A DNA stretch of 64,000 bases from Negativicutes bacterium (GTDB taxonomy: Bacteria; Bacillota; Negativicutes; JAGPMH01): assembly GCA_018052945.1 (NCBI GenBank), contig JAGPMH010000002.1, positions 1,950 to 65,949 of the forward strand, written 5' to 3'. The notes under the pieces were generated by a model. That model saw only the letters and a list, made by a program, of their open reading frames with translations, had not been told where the DNA came from and did not search any database. Position numbers and translations under genes: made by a program. Shown piece after piece: positions 9,508-18,731 of this stretch (the stretch's first letter is position 1; each line of letters begins with the position of its first letter).

Positions 9508-11130
9508 TCATTTGTTAGTTATCTTGACATTAAACGCCCCCACTTCCGCCTCCGTGGTTATACTGTCTTGAGGCATAGTTAGCTTATTTCCATCTCGCAG
9601 TGCAGAATAATGTGGTGACATTATTTCCACTGCAGCCTCATTAAAATAATCTTGAATGTTTTGGTGAAGGTAAGAATAAATACTAGCCATGGCATTTGGC
9701 TTATCAGTATAAGCATTAATTTGATACGAAACCGCAAAGTCATCTAGGCTCTCTTGAAAAACAAAGGGCTTTGGTTCCTTTAATATACCATCGGTCGCTA
9801 GTGCCGCCTCAATTAATAATTCATGAACTTTTCGCCAAGGTACATCATAACCGATTGTGATTGTTGTGTGCAAAATTAAGTTTGTTTCTTTCATTGCTCT
9901 ACTATAATTTATGATCGGAGAATTAAAAATTGTCGAATTGGGAATAGAAATATCAACATTTTTAATCGTTCTAATTCTTGTCACAAGCAAAGTTTTTTCC
10001 AATACATCACCAATATTGTCCCCCACTTTAACTCTATCACCAATAGCAAAAGCTCTAGTATAAGTCAATGATATTCCAGCAATAATATTGGCAATTGCTG
10101 AAGTTGACCCAAAAGAAAATAACAAACCAACCAACACTGAAACACCTTGAAAAATTGGTGAGTTAGCGCCTGGCATATAAGGGTAAATAAATACTAAGGT
10201 CATTGCAAAAATTAAAAATTTTACAATTTGATATGTTGGATAACTCCACTCCGGATAAAAACCCTCAAAATTAAATTTACCTTTCTCAATACCAGTGAAA
10301 ATCATTTTGAAAAATTTTAAAATATAATTACAACATAATAAAATCAAACAAATAATTAATAGATTTGGTAAATAGGCTACAACGCTTGTAAACCCTAACT
10401 GTAACGGAGTTACAATATAATTTAACAATTGATTGCTGTATTGTCTGGTATCAGGAAATAAACTTAAAATATAATAAATATAAAGATAAAAAACTATTAC
10501 TTTGATAATATAGCCAACATATCTTAACAATTTTTCAGTAAATTTTAAGAGTTGTTGCTCTGACACCACTTTTATTTTTTTTTCTAAAGAAACTATCCAT
10601 TGTTTTAGTTTATCTAATATATACTGTAAAACATTTTTAATGGCTTTTAGCAAAAATACTACAAAAGCAGTTGCCAAAATAGCTTTCAAAATATTAATTG
10701 CTAAGTTTTGCATTTTCCGTTCTTCACGATATATTTTTAAAGCATATGTTATCTGTTCTTTACGCTCTTGTGCTAATTTCTTTATTTCGAGATGCTCAGA
10801 TACTGCATCAGCATTGGTAATTGTTAATATTATATTGTTTCCAATAACAATATTTTGTTCATATTCACTATCTTTTATATCTATATTATCTAAAGACAAC
10901 GAGATGTTTTGCCCTATTTTTACCAATCTCTCACTTATTCTTTTAGCCCTGTCTTCCGGTGTAAAAGAGCCGATTTTCGCTTTAATTTCAAACAAAGTAG
11001 TACCATCAAGTGTCACCGGATACTTATATTGATCTATTATTTCCTTGCTATCATTCGCAAAAGCCAAACTGAAAAAACATAACGAAATTAGCATAACAAT
11101 CATTATTAATTTTTTCATAACCGCACTCAC
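9508..11130 (-). CDS. Mechanosensitive ion channel family protein (MscS domain) with signal peptide and large N-terminal extension
   Basis: 540 aa. C-terminal MscS signature region (GVSVLVGLLFSFGSTSAIANIIAGISL...IGDRVKVGDNIGDVLEKTLLVTRIRT). Confidence 0.8.
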   Translation of the reverse strand: MSAVMKKLIMIVMLISLCFFSLAFANDSKEIIDQYKYPVTLDGTTLFEIKAKIGSFTPEDRAKRISERLVKIGQNISLSLDNIDIKDSEYEQNIVIGNNIILTITNADAVSEHLEIKKLAQERKEQITYALKIYREERKMQNLAINILKAILATAFVVFLLKAIKNVLQYILDKLKQWIVSLEKKIKVVSEQQLLKFTEKLLRYVGYIIKVIVFYLYIYYILSLFPDTRQYSNQLLNYIVTPLQLGFTSVVAYLPNLLIICLILLCCNYILKFFKMIFTGIEKGKFNFEGFYPEWSYPTYQIVKFLIFAMTLVFIYPYMPGANSPIFQGVSVLVGLLFSFGSTSAIANIIAGISLTYTRAFAIGDRVKVGDNIGDVLEKTLLVTRIRTIKNVDISIPNSTIFNSPIINYSRAMKETNLILHTTITIGYDVPWRKVHELLIEAALATDGILKEPKPFVFQESLDDFAVSYQINAYTDKPNAMASIYSYLHQNIQDYFNEAAVEIMSPHYSALRDGNKLTMPQDSITTEAEVGAFNVKITNK

Positions 11131-11283
11131 TCCTTGCTAAAGTATACCTCTATTGTATCTGCTGATTATACTCTTTTAGTTAAACAAATCTTTTTAAATC
11201 CCTTTAAATCTTTATGGAAAAATTTATAAAATGCCAAAAAAAATGATGCCATTTAAGCATAATTTTATAACTATTACTAAGTA

Positions 11284-11865
11284 TTAGTTTAGGTTTTTAT
11301 CGCGATAATAATTTGTTCCTTTTACCGCTAATTCTGCAGCCAAGCCTTTTGTTGTCATTTGATACATCCAAACACCATTGTCAACATGAATCGCACCTTC
11401 TAATGCCCCGCCACTGATTCCGTCATCAGCAACAGCCGTTGCTTGTGCCCCAAACGACCAGCCTTTTTGGACAAAAGAATTTAATGAGTCGCTATCGGTG
11501 AAAACAAAAATAATCGCATATTCTTTTATTCCAAGACCCAATCCAGCTTGATATTCTTTCATTTTCATATAAACTTTTTCACCAGTCAAATTGTTTACCG
11601 CCATCCCTCTGCCGTGAGAACTACCTAAAATTCCAAGCTTAAAGCCGGTATTATTAAATACGGCATAACCTTTAGAATTGGCAATAACTTGGCGGGCTTT
11701 AGGCTGTTTTTGATATAACTGTTCTAACGTAGAATTTGTTTTTTGATTTAACTCTGCTCTTTGACTAGCTGCACTTGCTGCAAAAACTGTTGTATCAGCC
11801 ATCAAAACTATCACTAGTAAAGTTAAGACTATTTTGATTATTTTCACAATAATCCTCCTGCTCAA
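11284..11865 (-). CDS. Secreted lipid-binding SYLF (Ysc84-like/DUF500) domain protein
   Basis: 193 aa. Signal peptide plus a Gly-rich beta-rich core (GFKLGILGSSHGRGMAV...GLGLGIKEYAIIFVF) resembling bacterial SYLF-domain proteins. Confidence 0.45.
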   Translation of the reverse strand: MSRRIIVKIIKIVLTLLVIVLMADTTVFAASAASQRAELNQKTNSTLEQLYQKQPKARQVIANSKGYAVFNNTGFKLGILGSSHGRGMAVNNLTGEKVYMKMKEYQAGLGLGIKEYAIIFVFTDSDSLNSFVQKGWSFGAQATAVADDGISGGALEGAIHVDNGVWMYQMTTKGLAAELAVKGTNYYRDKNLN

Positions 11866-11994
11866 TATAATTTAAAAAATATTTTATTTAATATTTACTT
11901 CTTCATAATAAGCTTATTTCCCTTTTTTTCATTATTACTTCTGGCCTTAGTTACCATTTTAACCTACTGATAAATTAAAAATTTTTACACAGTA

Positions 11995-12033
11995 AAACTA
12001 GCTATCGACAATTATCTGTCAATAGCTAGTTTT
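11995..12033 (-). terminator. Terminator after the CGGC-domain gene
   Basis: aaactagctatcgaca-attatc-tgtcaatagctagttt hairpin immediately after the stop codon. Confidence 0.45.
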
Positions 12034-12380
12034 TATTTACTAACTTTATTTAAAATTATACTATCTCTAGTTTTCCCGCTTGCCCCACCGTGGGTATAGC
12101 CTACTACTGCAAAGTTTTCTGCTAGTTGCTGCGCGAAAGCTTCATAGTTTTCATATTTTGCTCTAAGACATGATGATAAGTGTACAACATCAACGCCTTT
12201 ACTTTGTAGTGTTGCAATTTTTTTAGTTATATCACCACCATTATGAGTGAATGCTACTAATTCTAATTCATTATCAACATACCGCTGAAATGAGTCACTT
12301 TTAGTAAAAAAAGCTTTTAAGCACCCACCACCACTACACCGCATCATTGTTTCTTCATTTACTATAATTGCTATTTTCAT
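12033..12380 (-). CDS. CGGC domain-containing protein
   Basis: 115 aa. Has the CSGGGC motif plus downstream Cys typical of the CGGC domain family. Confidence 0.55.
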   Translation of the reverse strand: MKIAIIVNEETMMRCSGGGCLKAFFTKSDSFQRYVDNELELVAFTHNGGDITKKIATLQSKGVDVVHLSSCLRAKYENYEAFAQQLAENFAVVGYTHGGASGKTRDSIILNKVSK

Positions 12381-12411
12381 ACTTTACTTCTCAGCTTTGC
12401 TTATAATATTT

Positions 12412-13068
12412 TTAGTTCTTAAAAATTTCATAAGTTAAGCTATTTTCACTTTCTATTACTCTAAACGAAAAATTATTATTAAGAGCACCAACAAATGCTT
12501 CCAACCAACTTTGATAAAGCTCCAACATTATTGCTGGACTGATATTAACCCTCTTCCAGTTAGGTTCTTGCAAACAATGGCCAATTCTCCAAAGGATGCT
12601 ATCATCATCTGACTGTATAACCATATCAGCTTGGTCACAGGGCATTCCATTTAGATAATAATCATTTAATATTACATATAACCCCTTAGCTGTTAAAGCA
12701 TCATATTTTTCAGTGTTTTGTACTGAGTTACCAATTATTGCACCATGTTCTTTAAAGGCTTCTTTTATTAAATCTTTCGCCGTAGCTCCACAAAAAGCTA
12801 GGGTCTCTTTAATCAAGGCCGCTTCTCTAGATTCTGCTAAATTTATTTGGCGTTGTAGCCAGCCGTGAATATTATCATGCTCGATTAATTCGGCTAAATC
12901 AACTTTAGGCAGTGGTTTTCCATAAGTTTGCCAAACTTGCTCTCTTAACTCTTCTACTGTATCACCACAAACAGCACTTAATTTTTGATAAATAAAATCT
13001 TCTCTGTTATTAACTATTTGAATTTTCGAATATAGCCAATAATGAATTGGTCCAATAAATGCACTCAT
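12412..13068 (-). CDS. Hypothetical protein, translationally coupled to the upstream reductase-like gene
   Basis: 218 aa. ATGA start/stop overlap with the 13068..14036 gene. No family recognised. Confidence 0.5.
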   Translation of the reverse strand: MSAFIGPIHYWLYSKIQIVNNREDFIYQKLSAVCGDTVEELREQVWQTYGKPLPKVDLAELIEHDNIHGWLQRQINLAESREAALIKETLAFCGATAKDLIKEAFKEHGAIIGNSVQNTEKYDALTAKGLYVILNDYYLNGMPCDQADMVIQSDDDSILWRIGHCLQEPNWKRVNISPAIMLELYQSWLEAFVGALNNNFSFRVIESENSLTYEIFKN

Positions 13069-14036
13069 TAGTTTTCACCTCTTACAATAATTTCATTTAA
13101 TGCTGTTATCAGCTCATTAACTTCAATACCATGAATATCAGCTGCTTTTTGTAATTCTTCACCCGTAGCCGAAGGACAGCCTAAACATCCCATTCCAAAA
13201 GAACGCAATACCGGAATAGTCTGCGGATAAACTCTAATAATATCGGCAATAATACTTTGGGCAGTTATCATATCACCAAACACCAATGTTCCTTCAGTAA
13301 GTCCTCCTGGTATCGGCTGTAATACTTCTGTTTGAGAGTATGGTTTTTCCTGTTCTAGCGAGATAATATCATTTTCAAATTCACCTAAAACATCAGTTTT
13401 AAACTTTTCAAAGCCAATTCTATCAATAAATTCTCCAACTCTTTCAATATCAGCATTTTTTTGATAGTATCTCACAATAATATCAACAATCTTTAAAGTA
13501 TCTTCATAATTCAATCCTGTTATTAATCTATCGCCTAATCGCGGATGTGCTCCAGCACTGCCACCAACATAAATATCCCACCCTATGTCCGTACCGATAA
13601 CCCCCACATCTTTAATTACAGCCTCCGAACAAGAGTTAGGACAACCAGAAACGCCCATTTTCATCCTTGACGGCATCTCTTTTTTGATATAGCGTCGATC
13701 TAGCTCAAAACCTAATTTAATACTATCTTGCTTTGCTCTTTTACAAAACGCTATTCCTGGACAAATTTTTACGCTTCTAACACAATTAGCAAATCCAATG
13801 GCCGGATTCATCCCCAATTCATCCCAAATACTATCAATATCTTCTGCTTTTAGTCCTGTAATCATAATTCGTTGTGCTGAAGTTAATTTCAATACTCCAT
13901 GATATTTTCTTGCAACATTAACATATTTCTCTAACATATCAGGTTTTATAAAACCGCCCGGTAAATGTGGTGTAATTGCATATGTTTTATTGCCATTGTG
14001 AATCTTTTGTAAATTAGCCCCTGTAGGTAACATCAT
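13068..14036 (-). CDS. Nitrite/sulfite reductase-like siroheme-[4Fe-4S] domain protein fused to a C-terminal DUF1858 (hybrid-cluster-protein-associated redox disulfide) domain
   Basis: 322 aa. Cys pattern C-x5-C...SGCPNSC is typical of the NiR/SiR FeS-siroheme site. The C-terminus YPQTIPVLRSFGMGCLGCPSATGEELQKAADIHGIEVNELI is typical of DUF1858. Confidence 0.55.
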   Translation of the reverse strand: MMLPTGANLQKIHNGNKTYAITPHLPGGFIKPDMLEKYVNVARKYHGVLKLTSAQRIMITGLKAEDIDSIWDELGMNPAIGFANCVRSVKICPGIAFCKRAKQDSIKLGFELDRRYIKKEMPSRMKMGVSGCPNSCSEAVIKDVGVIGTDIGWDIYVGGSAGAHPRLGDRLITGLNYEDTLKIVDIIVRYYQKNADIERVGEFIDRIGFEKFKTDVLGEFENDIISLEQEKPYSQTEVLQPIPGGLTEGTLVFGDMITAQSIIADIIRVYPQTIPVLRSFGMGCLGCPSATGEELQKAADIHGIEVNELITALNEIIVRGEN

Positions 14037-14202
14037 TAAGCCCTCCCATATTTTATCTTGTCCTTTGATTTATATAATAGCTGGTTTTAAGTTAAATTTC
14101 TTTGATATTTATCACATTTTTAGGTATTATTTAATGTTATTTTTGATAATTTTACCATATCTTTATTTTTTTTGAAAGATTCAACCATAAAATAAAAAAT
14201 GC

Positions 14203-14262
14203 ACCTCCAAATATTAGACTTGGTTGTCTAACATTTGGGGTGCACTTCATCTTTAAACTTAG
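14203..14262 (-). terminator. Terminator after the nitroreductase gene
   Basis: Roughly 20-bp imperfect hairpin gcacctccaaatattagac / gtctaacatttggggtgc followed by a U-run on the minus strand. Confidence 0.5.
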
Positions 14263-14274
14263 GTGATTTTTATT

Positions 14275-14790
14275 TTAATATTTTTCATAATGAACTTTAT
14301 TAGGTTCATAGCGATCAATGTAGTTATTCTTAACATCAGAATATCCAATGGCAACTATCGAAAACGGCATAATTGATTGCGGTAAGTTAAATAAACTTCT
14401 GACCTTTTCCATTCTTTCTTCGACTGGTGCAACCCCAAGCCAAACTGTTCCCAAATCAAGTTCAGCAGCCTGTAATAATATGTTTTGAGTTGCTGCTGCC
14501 AAGTCTTGCTGTACACATTCCGGAAATTTCACGGTTTCATTTGCTAAATTTCCTAAGACGATAATTGCGACATTACTTTCTTTTACCGGTCCTGTATATG
14601 GACTAACTAACCCTAGCTGATTTAACAGCTCTTTCTCCCTAACTACAATAAATTCCCACGACCGTTGATTGCCGGCAGAAGGAGCTTGCATCGCTGCTTT
14701 TAATAATTGTTCAATAATACTATTATCAACTTCTTTATTTAAATACTTCCTGATACTACGTCTGGTAAAGATTGAATTCACAATAACCAC
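14275..14790 (-). CDS. Nitroreductase family protein
   Basis: 171 aa. RRSIRKY...AGNQRSWEF nitroreductase signature. Confidence 0.8.
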   Translation of the reverse strand: MVIVNSIFTRRSIRKYLNKEVDNSIIEQLLKAAMQAPSAGNQRSWEFIVVREKELLNQLGLVSPYTGPVKESNVAIIVLGNLANETVKFPECVQQDLAAATQNILLQAAELDLGTVWLGVAPVEERMEKVRSLFNLPQSIMPFSIVAIGYSDVKNNYIDRYEPNKVHYEKY

Positions 14791-14889
14791 TACCCTTCCA
14801 TAAAATATTAATTGTTTGAGCTAATTATATATGCTATTCTCTAAATAAAAAAGTATGCACTTTTTAGTTAGATACTATACTTTAGGAGA

Positions 14890-15228
14890 GTGACTATGAA
14901 AAAACATGACGAAGCATTAACTTTAGAATGTCCAGTAACATATACCTTATCAATTTTAGGTGGCAAATGGAAATGGCTCATTATTTATCTTTTGTTTGAA
15001 CATAATATTCTTCGCTACGGAGAGTTAAAAAAACGGTTATTAGGAATAACGCATAAAATGTTAAGTCAACAACTCAAAGAGCTTGATGCCGCTAATCTCA
15101 TCAACCGTAAAGAATATCAACAAATTCCACCTAAAGTCGAGTATTCCTTATCGGAGCAAGGAAAAACGCTATTGCCAATACTAAATTTAATGTGTGAATG
15201 GGGCAGAAAAAATCATCCACCAGTATAG
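14890..15228 (+). CDS. HxlR family winged-helix transcriptional regulator
   Basis: 112 aa. CPVTYTLSILGGKWKWLIIYLL...EYSLSEQGKTL is a textbook HxlR. Divergent from the nitroreductase gene. Confidence 0.85.
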   Translation: MTMKKHDEALTLECPVTYTLSILGGKWKWLIIYLLFEHNILRYGELKKRLLGITHKMLSQQLKELDAANLINRKEYQQIPPKVEYSLSEQGKTLLPILNLMCEWGRKNHPPV

Positions 15229-15229
15229 C

Positions 15230-16504
15230 TTACTCACTGCTACCTTTATGTCCGCCAACATAATGTGCTCGTTCTAAAAATGTCCCTCCAGCCAGCGAAC
15301 CAGCATAAAATATTGATGTTTTACCAAATCTATCACGCAAACTATCCACCACTTGATCAAGGGCGTTTTTTTTAATATCACCACAAAATAATTCCATTTG
15401 TTCAACCTTTAGTGAAACTATCTTGCTGGCAGTAATATTAACTGAGCGAACCGGCTGTCCTTGCCACTTTTCGCTAAATTCTCGCCTAGCCAATTCACTA
15501 ATAACCGCTGTAGAATTTTCCGGTCGACTTAATTTAATCTTTATGGTAAGTTCTTCCGCTAAATTTCTATCAGCATAACCAATACCTAAAAATATTTCAT
15601 TACACTTTTCTTGATGTTTACGTAGCCTTTCACAAACATCGCCCACCATTTCTTTAATGATTATCAAAATTTCAGCTTTGCTAAAGTAATCTCGCATTAA
15701 AGTCTGATTCTTACTATATGATCTATTTTTAACAGGGGCTTTCTCCCTAATAATACTAGCATCTAAGCCCCAAGCATGATAATAAAGTTGCAAGCCCATT
15801 ATTCCTAAATGTTTTTTAAGTCTATTAGGATCAAAATGTGCCAAATTTTCAATACTATAAATCCCCATTTGCTTTAATTTTTTATCATAGCCTTTTGAAA
15901 TCCCCCAAAAAGCAGTCATTGGTTTTATCTTCCAGACTGTTTGATCTATACTTTCATAAGACCACCGGGCAATCCAAGGTGGTCTTTTTTTTGCGTCATT
16001 ATCTAACGCTAATTTTGCTAGCAGCGGATTGTCACCAATGCCAATGCTAACAACTAACCCTAGCTCACTTTTTACTGTTTTTAAAATACGCTGTGCTATT
16101 TCTTCCGCTGATCCGAATAATTTTTGATAAGCAGTAACATCTAATATCGCTTCATCAATACTATAGACTTGCAAATCTTCACTAGACACAAACTTTCGAA
16201 AAATCTCTTGTATTTTTTTATTAATGTCAAGGTATAGCGCCATATTAGGCTCTACTATCATAATTGGCGATTTTTTTGGTATTTCAAACAATCTGTTACC
16301 AGTTTTGATATTGTATTCCGTCTTAACCTTAGGACTACTTGCCAAAACAACTGCACCGGTTCGGTGGCGATCTGATACTACTGCAATATAGGCTTCCAGT
16401 GGATCGATTTTTCGTTTAACCGCTTCGACAGAAGCAAAAAATGATTTTACATCAATCCATAACACACTTCGCCTTGGAAAAGCCGAAAAATCAACCAACC
16501 CCAT
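15230..16504 (-). CDS. Y-family (translesion) DNA polymerase, UmuC/YqjW/UvrX-like
   Basis: 424 aa. N-terminal WIDVKSFFASVE catalytic motif of the Y-family. Preceded by an overlapping yolD-like ORF and a LexA box. Confidence 0.8.
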   Translation of the reverse strand: MGLVDFSAFPRRSVLWIDVKSFFASVEAVKRKIDPLEAYIAVVSDRHRTGAVVLASSPKVKTEYNIKTGNRLFEIPKKSPIMIVEPNMALYLDINKKIQEIFRKFVSSEDLQVYSIDEAILDVTAYQKLFGSAEEIAQRILKTVKSELGLVVSIGIGDNPLLAKLALDNDAKKRPPWIARWSYESIDQTVWKIKPMTAFWGISKGYDKKLKQMGIYSIENLAHFDPNRLKKHLGIMGLQLYYHAWGLDASIIREKAPVKNRSYSKNQTLMRDYFSKAEILIIIKEMVGDVCERLRKHQEKCNEIFLGIGYADRNLAEELTIKIKLSRPENSTAVISELARREFSEKWQGQPVRSVNITASKIVSLKVEQMELFCGDIKKNALDQVVDSLRDRFGKTSIFYAGSLAGGTFLERAHYVGGHKGSSE

Positions 16505-16661
16505 TATTACAACCTTCTTGCACTTTTAGTTGTTCACTATGTTCTGATAATAACATTCCTGCCCACTTAACCATTCCTCGATCAACATAAAATACTCTTA
16601 CCATTTCTTGATAAAGAGGAATCTGTAGTAAATCTACAGTATCATTATTATTCAATCTCAT
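16491..16661 (-). CDS. YolD-like protein (56 aa), start-overlapped with the Y-family polymerase gene
   Basis: Hand translation gives MRLNNNDTVDLLQIPLYQEMVRVFYVDRGMVKWAGMLLSEHSEQLKVQEGCNNGVG*. The KW...MLxEH..L core matches the YolD/YqjX family. The stop TGA overlaps the polymerase ATG (ATGGGGTTGGTTGA). AGAGGTG SD. Confidence 0.5.
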   Translation of the reverse strand: MRLNNNDTVDLLQIPLYQEMVRVFYVDRGMVKWAGMLLSEHSEQLKVQEGCNNGVG

Positions 16662-16683
16662 TCACCTCTATAATTATATTATC

Positions 16684-16697
16684 AGAACATATGTTCT
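16684..16697 (-). promoter_or_regulatory. LexA (Cheo) box upstream of the yolD-like/Y-polymerase cassette
   Basis: AGAACATATGTTCT is a perfect palindrome matching the Firmicute SOS box GAAC-N4-GTTC. It lies 23 nt upstream of the yolD-like start. Confidence 0.5.
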
Positions 16698-16714
16698 CTG
16701 TAAATATTTAGCTA

Positions 16715-16772
16715 ATAAAAAAATTATAGCACCAGCTTAAATAAAATTTTAAGTTGGTGCTATAATTTTTTT
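16715..16772. terminator. Bidirectional intrinsic terminator
   Basis: attatagcaccagcttaa / ttaagttggtgctataat stem flanked by an A-run and a T-run. Confidence 0.5.
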
Positions 16773-16885
16773 ATTATTCTTTTTCAGTAACTGCTAACCA
16801 AATTTCTCTATAAGTATTTCCATTTTCAACTTTAATTTTGTTTTATAATAATCTGTTTATTAATAATGTCCAAACTACGGATTAC

Positions 16886-17035
16886 TTAGCTTTTCGGTTC
16901 AAATTTATCCATTTTTTCTGCTATTTTTTCTAATGATTTTGCAATACTCGCAAATAAATAAAAAAAGTATGCTATTACTCCTAAATAAATCAACATAAAA
17001 ATAAAGCCAAATCCTGCCATCCCACCATTGTACAT
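16886..17035 (-). CDS. Putative small hydrophobic peptide (49 aa)
   Basis: GGAGG SD 8 nt upstream of ATG. MYNGGMAGFGFIFMLIYLGVIAYFFYLFASIAKSLEKIAEKMDKFEPKS*. Single TM helix. No family assigned. Confidence 0.3.
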   Translation of the reverse strand: MYNGGMAGFGFIFMLIYLGVIAYFFYLFASIAKSLEKIAEKMDKFEPKS

Positions 17036-17119
17036 CAGAACAACCTCCTTTATTTTTCCTATATATTACATTTCGCTATTTTTTAAAAAATACCTCTATC
17101 TTGAAAAGATATTTTAATG

Positions 17120-17959
17120 CTAATAACCGATGCCTTCTTTTAAAAAAGTTCCATTTTTAAGTTCCGCAAAAGCATTATTTAACTCTTCTTTAGTATTCAT
17201 TACTATTGGCCCACCCCAAGCCACCGGCTCATTTAGTTGTTCTGAACTGACAAATAAAACTTGAGAATTTTTCTCGGTAGCCTTTAGCTCAACAAAAACT
17301 CCGGTCGTTAGCCTTACTGCTGTTTTTTCAGCTATTAACTCCCCGCCAACATAAACTTCGCCACTTAAGGTAAATAACAACACTGCTTTATCTCTTTCCG
17401 TATTGATAATAAGGCTAGCGTTAGCATTCAAGTGGATATCATAATAATCAAGTGGTAGATATTTACTCATAAACCCTCGTTTATTAGAAAATTCCCCCGC
17501 TAATAATCTAAGTTTGCCACTGTCCAATATTATTTCTTCAATTTCACTATTTTTAATACTACGATATTCCGGTGCTACCATTTTATTTTTCGCTGAAAGA
17601 TTAAGCCACAACTGAACCCCTAATAACCTTTCACTTGCCGGTAATTTTTCTTCATGTAAAATTCCTGAGCCAGCAGTCATCCATTGCACTTCTCCGTCTG
17701 TAATAGTATCTTCATTTCCCAAACTATCACGGTGCGTCATTTTTCCGCGATATACATAACTAATAGTTTCGATCCCTCGGTGCGGATGTAGTGGAAACCC
17801 TGCAGTATAATCACTAGGATTAATACTATCAAAAGAGTCTAACATTAAAATAGGGTCATAGGTTTCAACTGTACTAAGCCCTAATACCCTTACTAAATTA
17901 ACCCCTGCTCCATCTTGTGTTTTAAAACCAGTCACCTTTTGCTTAACTTTTCGTTCCAT
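17120..17959 (-). CDS. Pirin family protein (cupin)
   Basis: 279 aa. HPHRGIETISYVYRG pirin N-terminal cupin motif. Confidence 0.85.
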   Translation of the reverse strand: MERKVKQKVTGFKTQDGAGVNLVRVLGLSTVETYDPILMLDSFDSINPSDYTAGFPLHPHRGIETISYVYRGKMTHRDSLGNEDTITDGEVQWMTAGSGILHEEKLPASERLLGVQLWLNLSAKNKMVAPEYRSIKNSEIEEIILDSGKLRLLAGEFSNKRGFMSKYLPLDYYDIHLNANASLIINTERDKAVLLFTLSGEVYVGGELIAEKTAVRLTTGVFVELKATEKNSQVLFVSSEQLNEPVAWGGPIVMNTKEELNNAFAELKNGTFLKEGIGY

Positions 17960-18195
17960 AAGGTTATCCTCCTTTTATTACACTATTACCTGAAACTTTA
18001 AAACTCATTATTACTATAACTCTAATATAAATATTTTATCATTATTTTTCTGTTATTACCATTTTTTTGAATTGAATGATTTTAAAATATTTTTCACAAA
18101 GAAACTGTTACTATATTGTCAGCCAATGATACTTAGTTTAAAATTATAGTTGTGATTAATTATTTAAAAGTTAAAACTTATACTGCAAGGGAGAA

Positions 18196-18567
18196 ATGAC
18201 AATGCATAAAATTACCAAAATTGATATAATTACTCGTCCCAATAAACTCTAAGACTTGAAAGAAGCATTAAATGAAATTGGCGTTACAGGAATGACTGTA
18301 AGTCAGGTCTATGGCTATGGTCTTACTAAGGGTCATACCGAAATATACCGCGGTAAAGAGTACACTATCAATTTACAACCAAAAGTAAAAGTTGAAACAG
18401 TAGTCTGTGAAGTGCCCGTAGAAAAAGTTCTTAAGGCTGCGCAAAAAGTGTTGCGAACCGGTAAAATTGGTGATGGTAAAATTTTTGTATATAATCTCGA
18501 AAATGCAGTGCGTATTCGTACTGGTGAAGAAGGGCCTAGTGCCATTATGGATCCACAAGACAGTTAA
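18196..18567 (+). pseudogene. glnK: P-II nitrogen regulatory protein GlnK/GlnB interrupted by an in-frame TAA at codon 19 (18250-18252)
   Basis: From the ATG at 18196 (AGGGAGA SD) the frame reads [52 protein letters not shown]... It is collinear with B. subtilis GlnK/NrgB and other P-II proteins through and beyond the stop. The ORF track only recovers the part after the stop (TTG at 18256). Confidence 0.6.
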
Positions 18568-18636
18568 ACTTGTTATAAATAGTTCTTCTTTTTATTTTAA
18601 CATCTATGCTATAATACATTGAATTAAGGCAACGAA

Positions 18637-18693
18637 GCCAAACTTAGCAAATTTGTGTCACATCACAAATTTGCTAAGTTTGGCTTTTTTTTT
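18637..18693 (+). terminator. Strong intrinsic terminator between glnK and amt
   Basis: Perfect 21-bp stem gccaaacttagcaaatttgtg / cacaaatttgctaagtttggc, 6-nt loop, followed by T9. Confidence 0.6.
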
Positions 18694-18731
18694 ATGTCTT
18701 TAATAAATTTGCACATTTTACCATTATAAAG

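Noticed and set aside
17960-18195. TnrA/GlnR box upstream of glnK
   Set aside because: The nearest candidate (tgttactatattgtcag) does not fit TGTNA-N7-TNACA.
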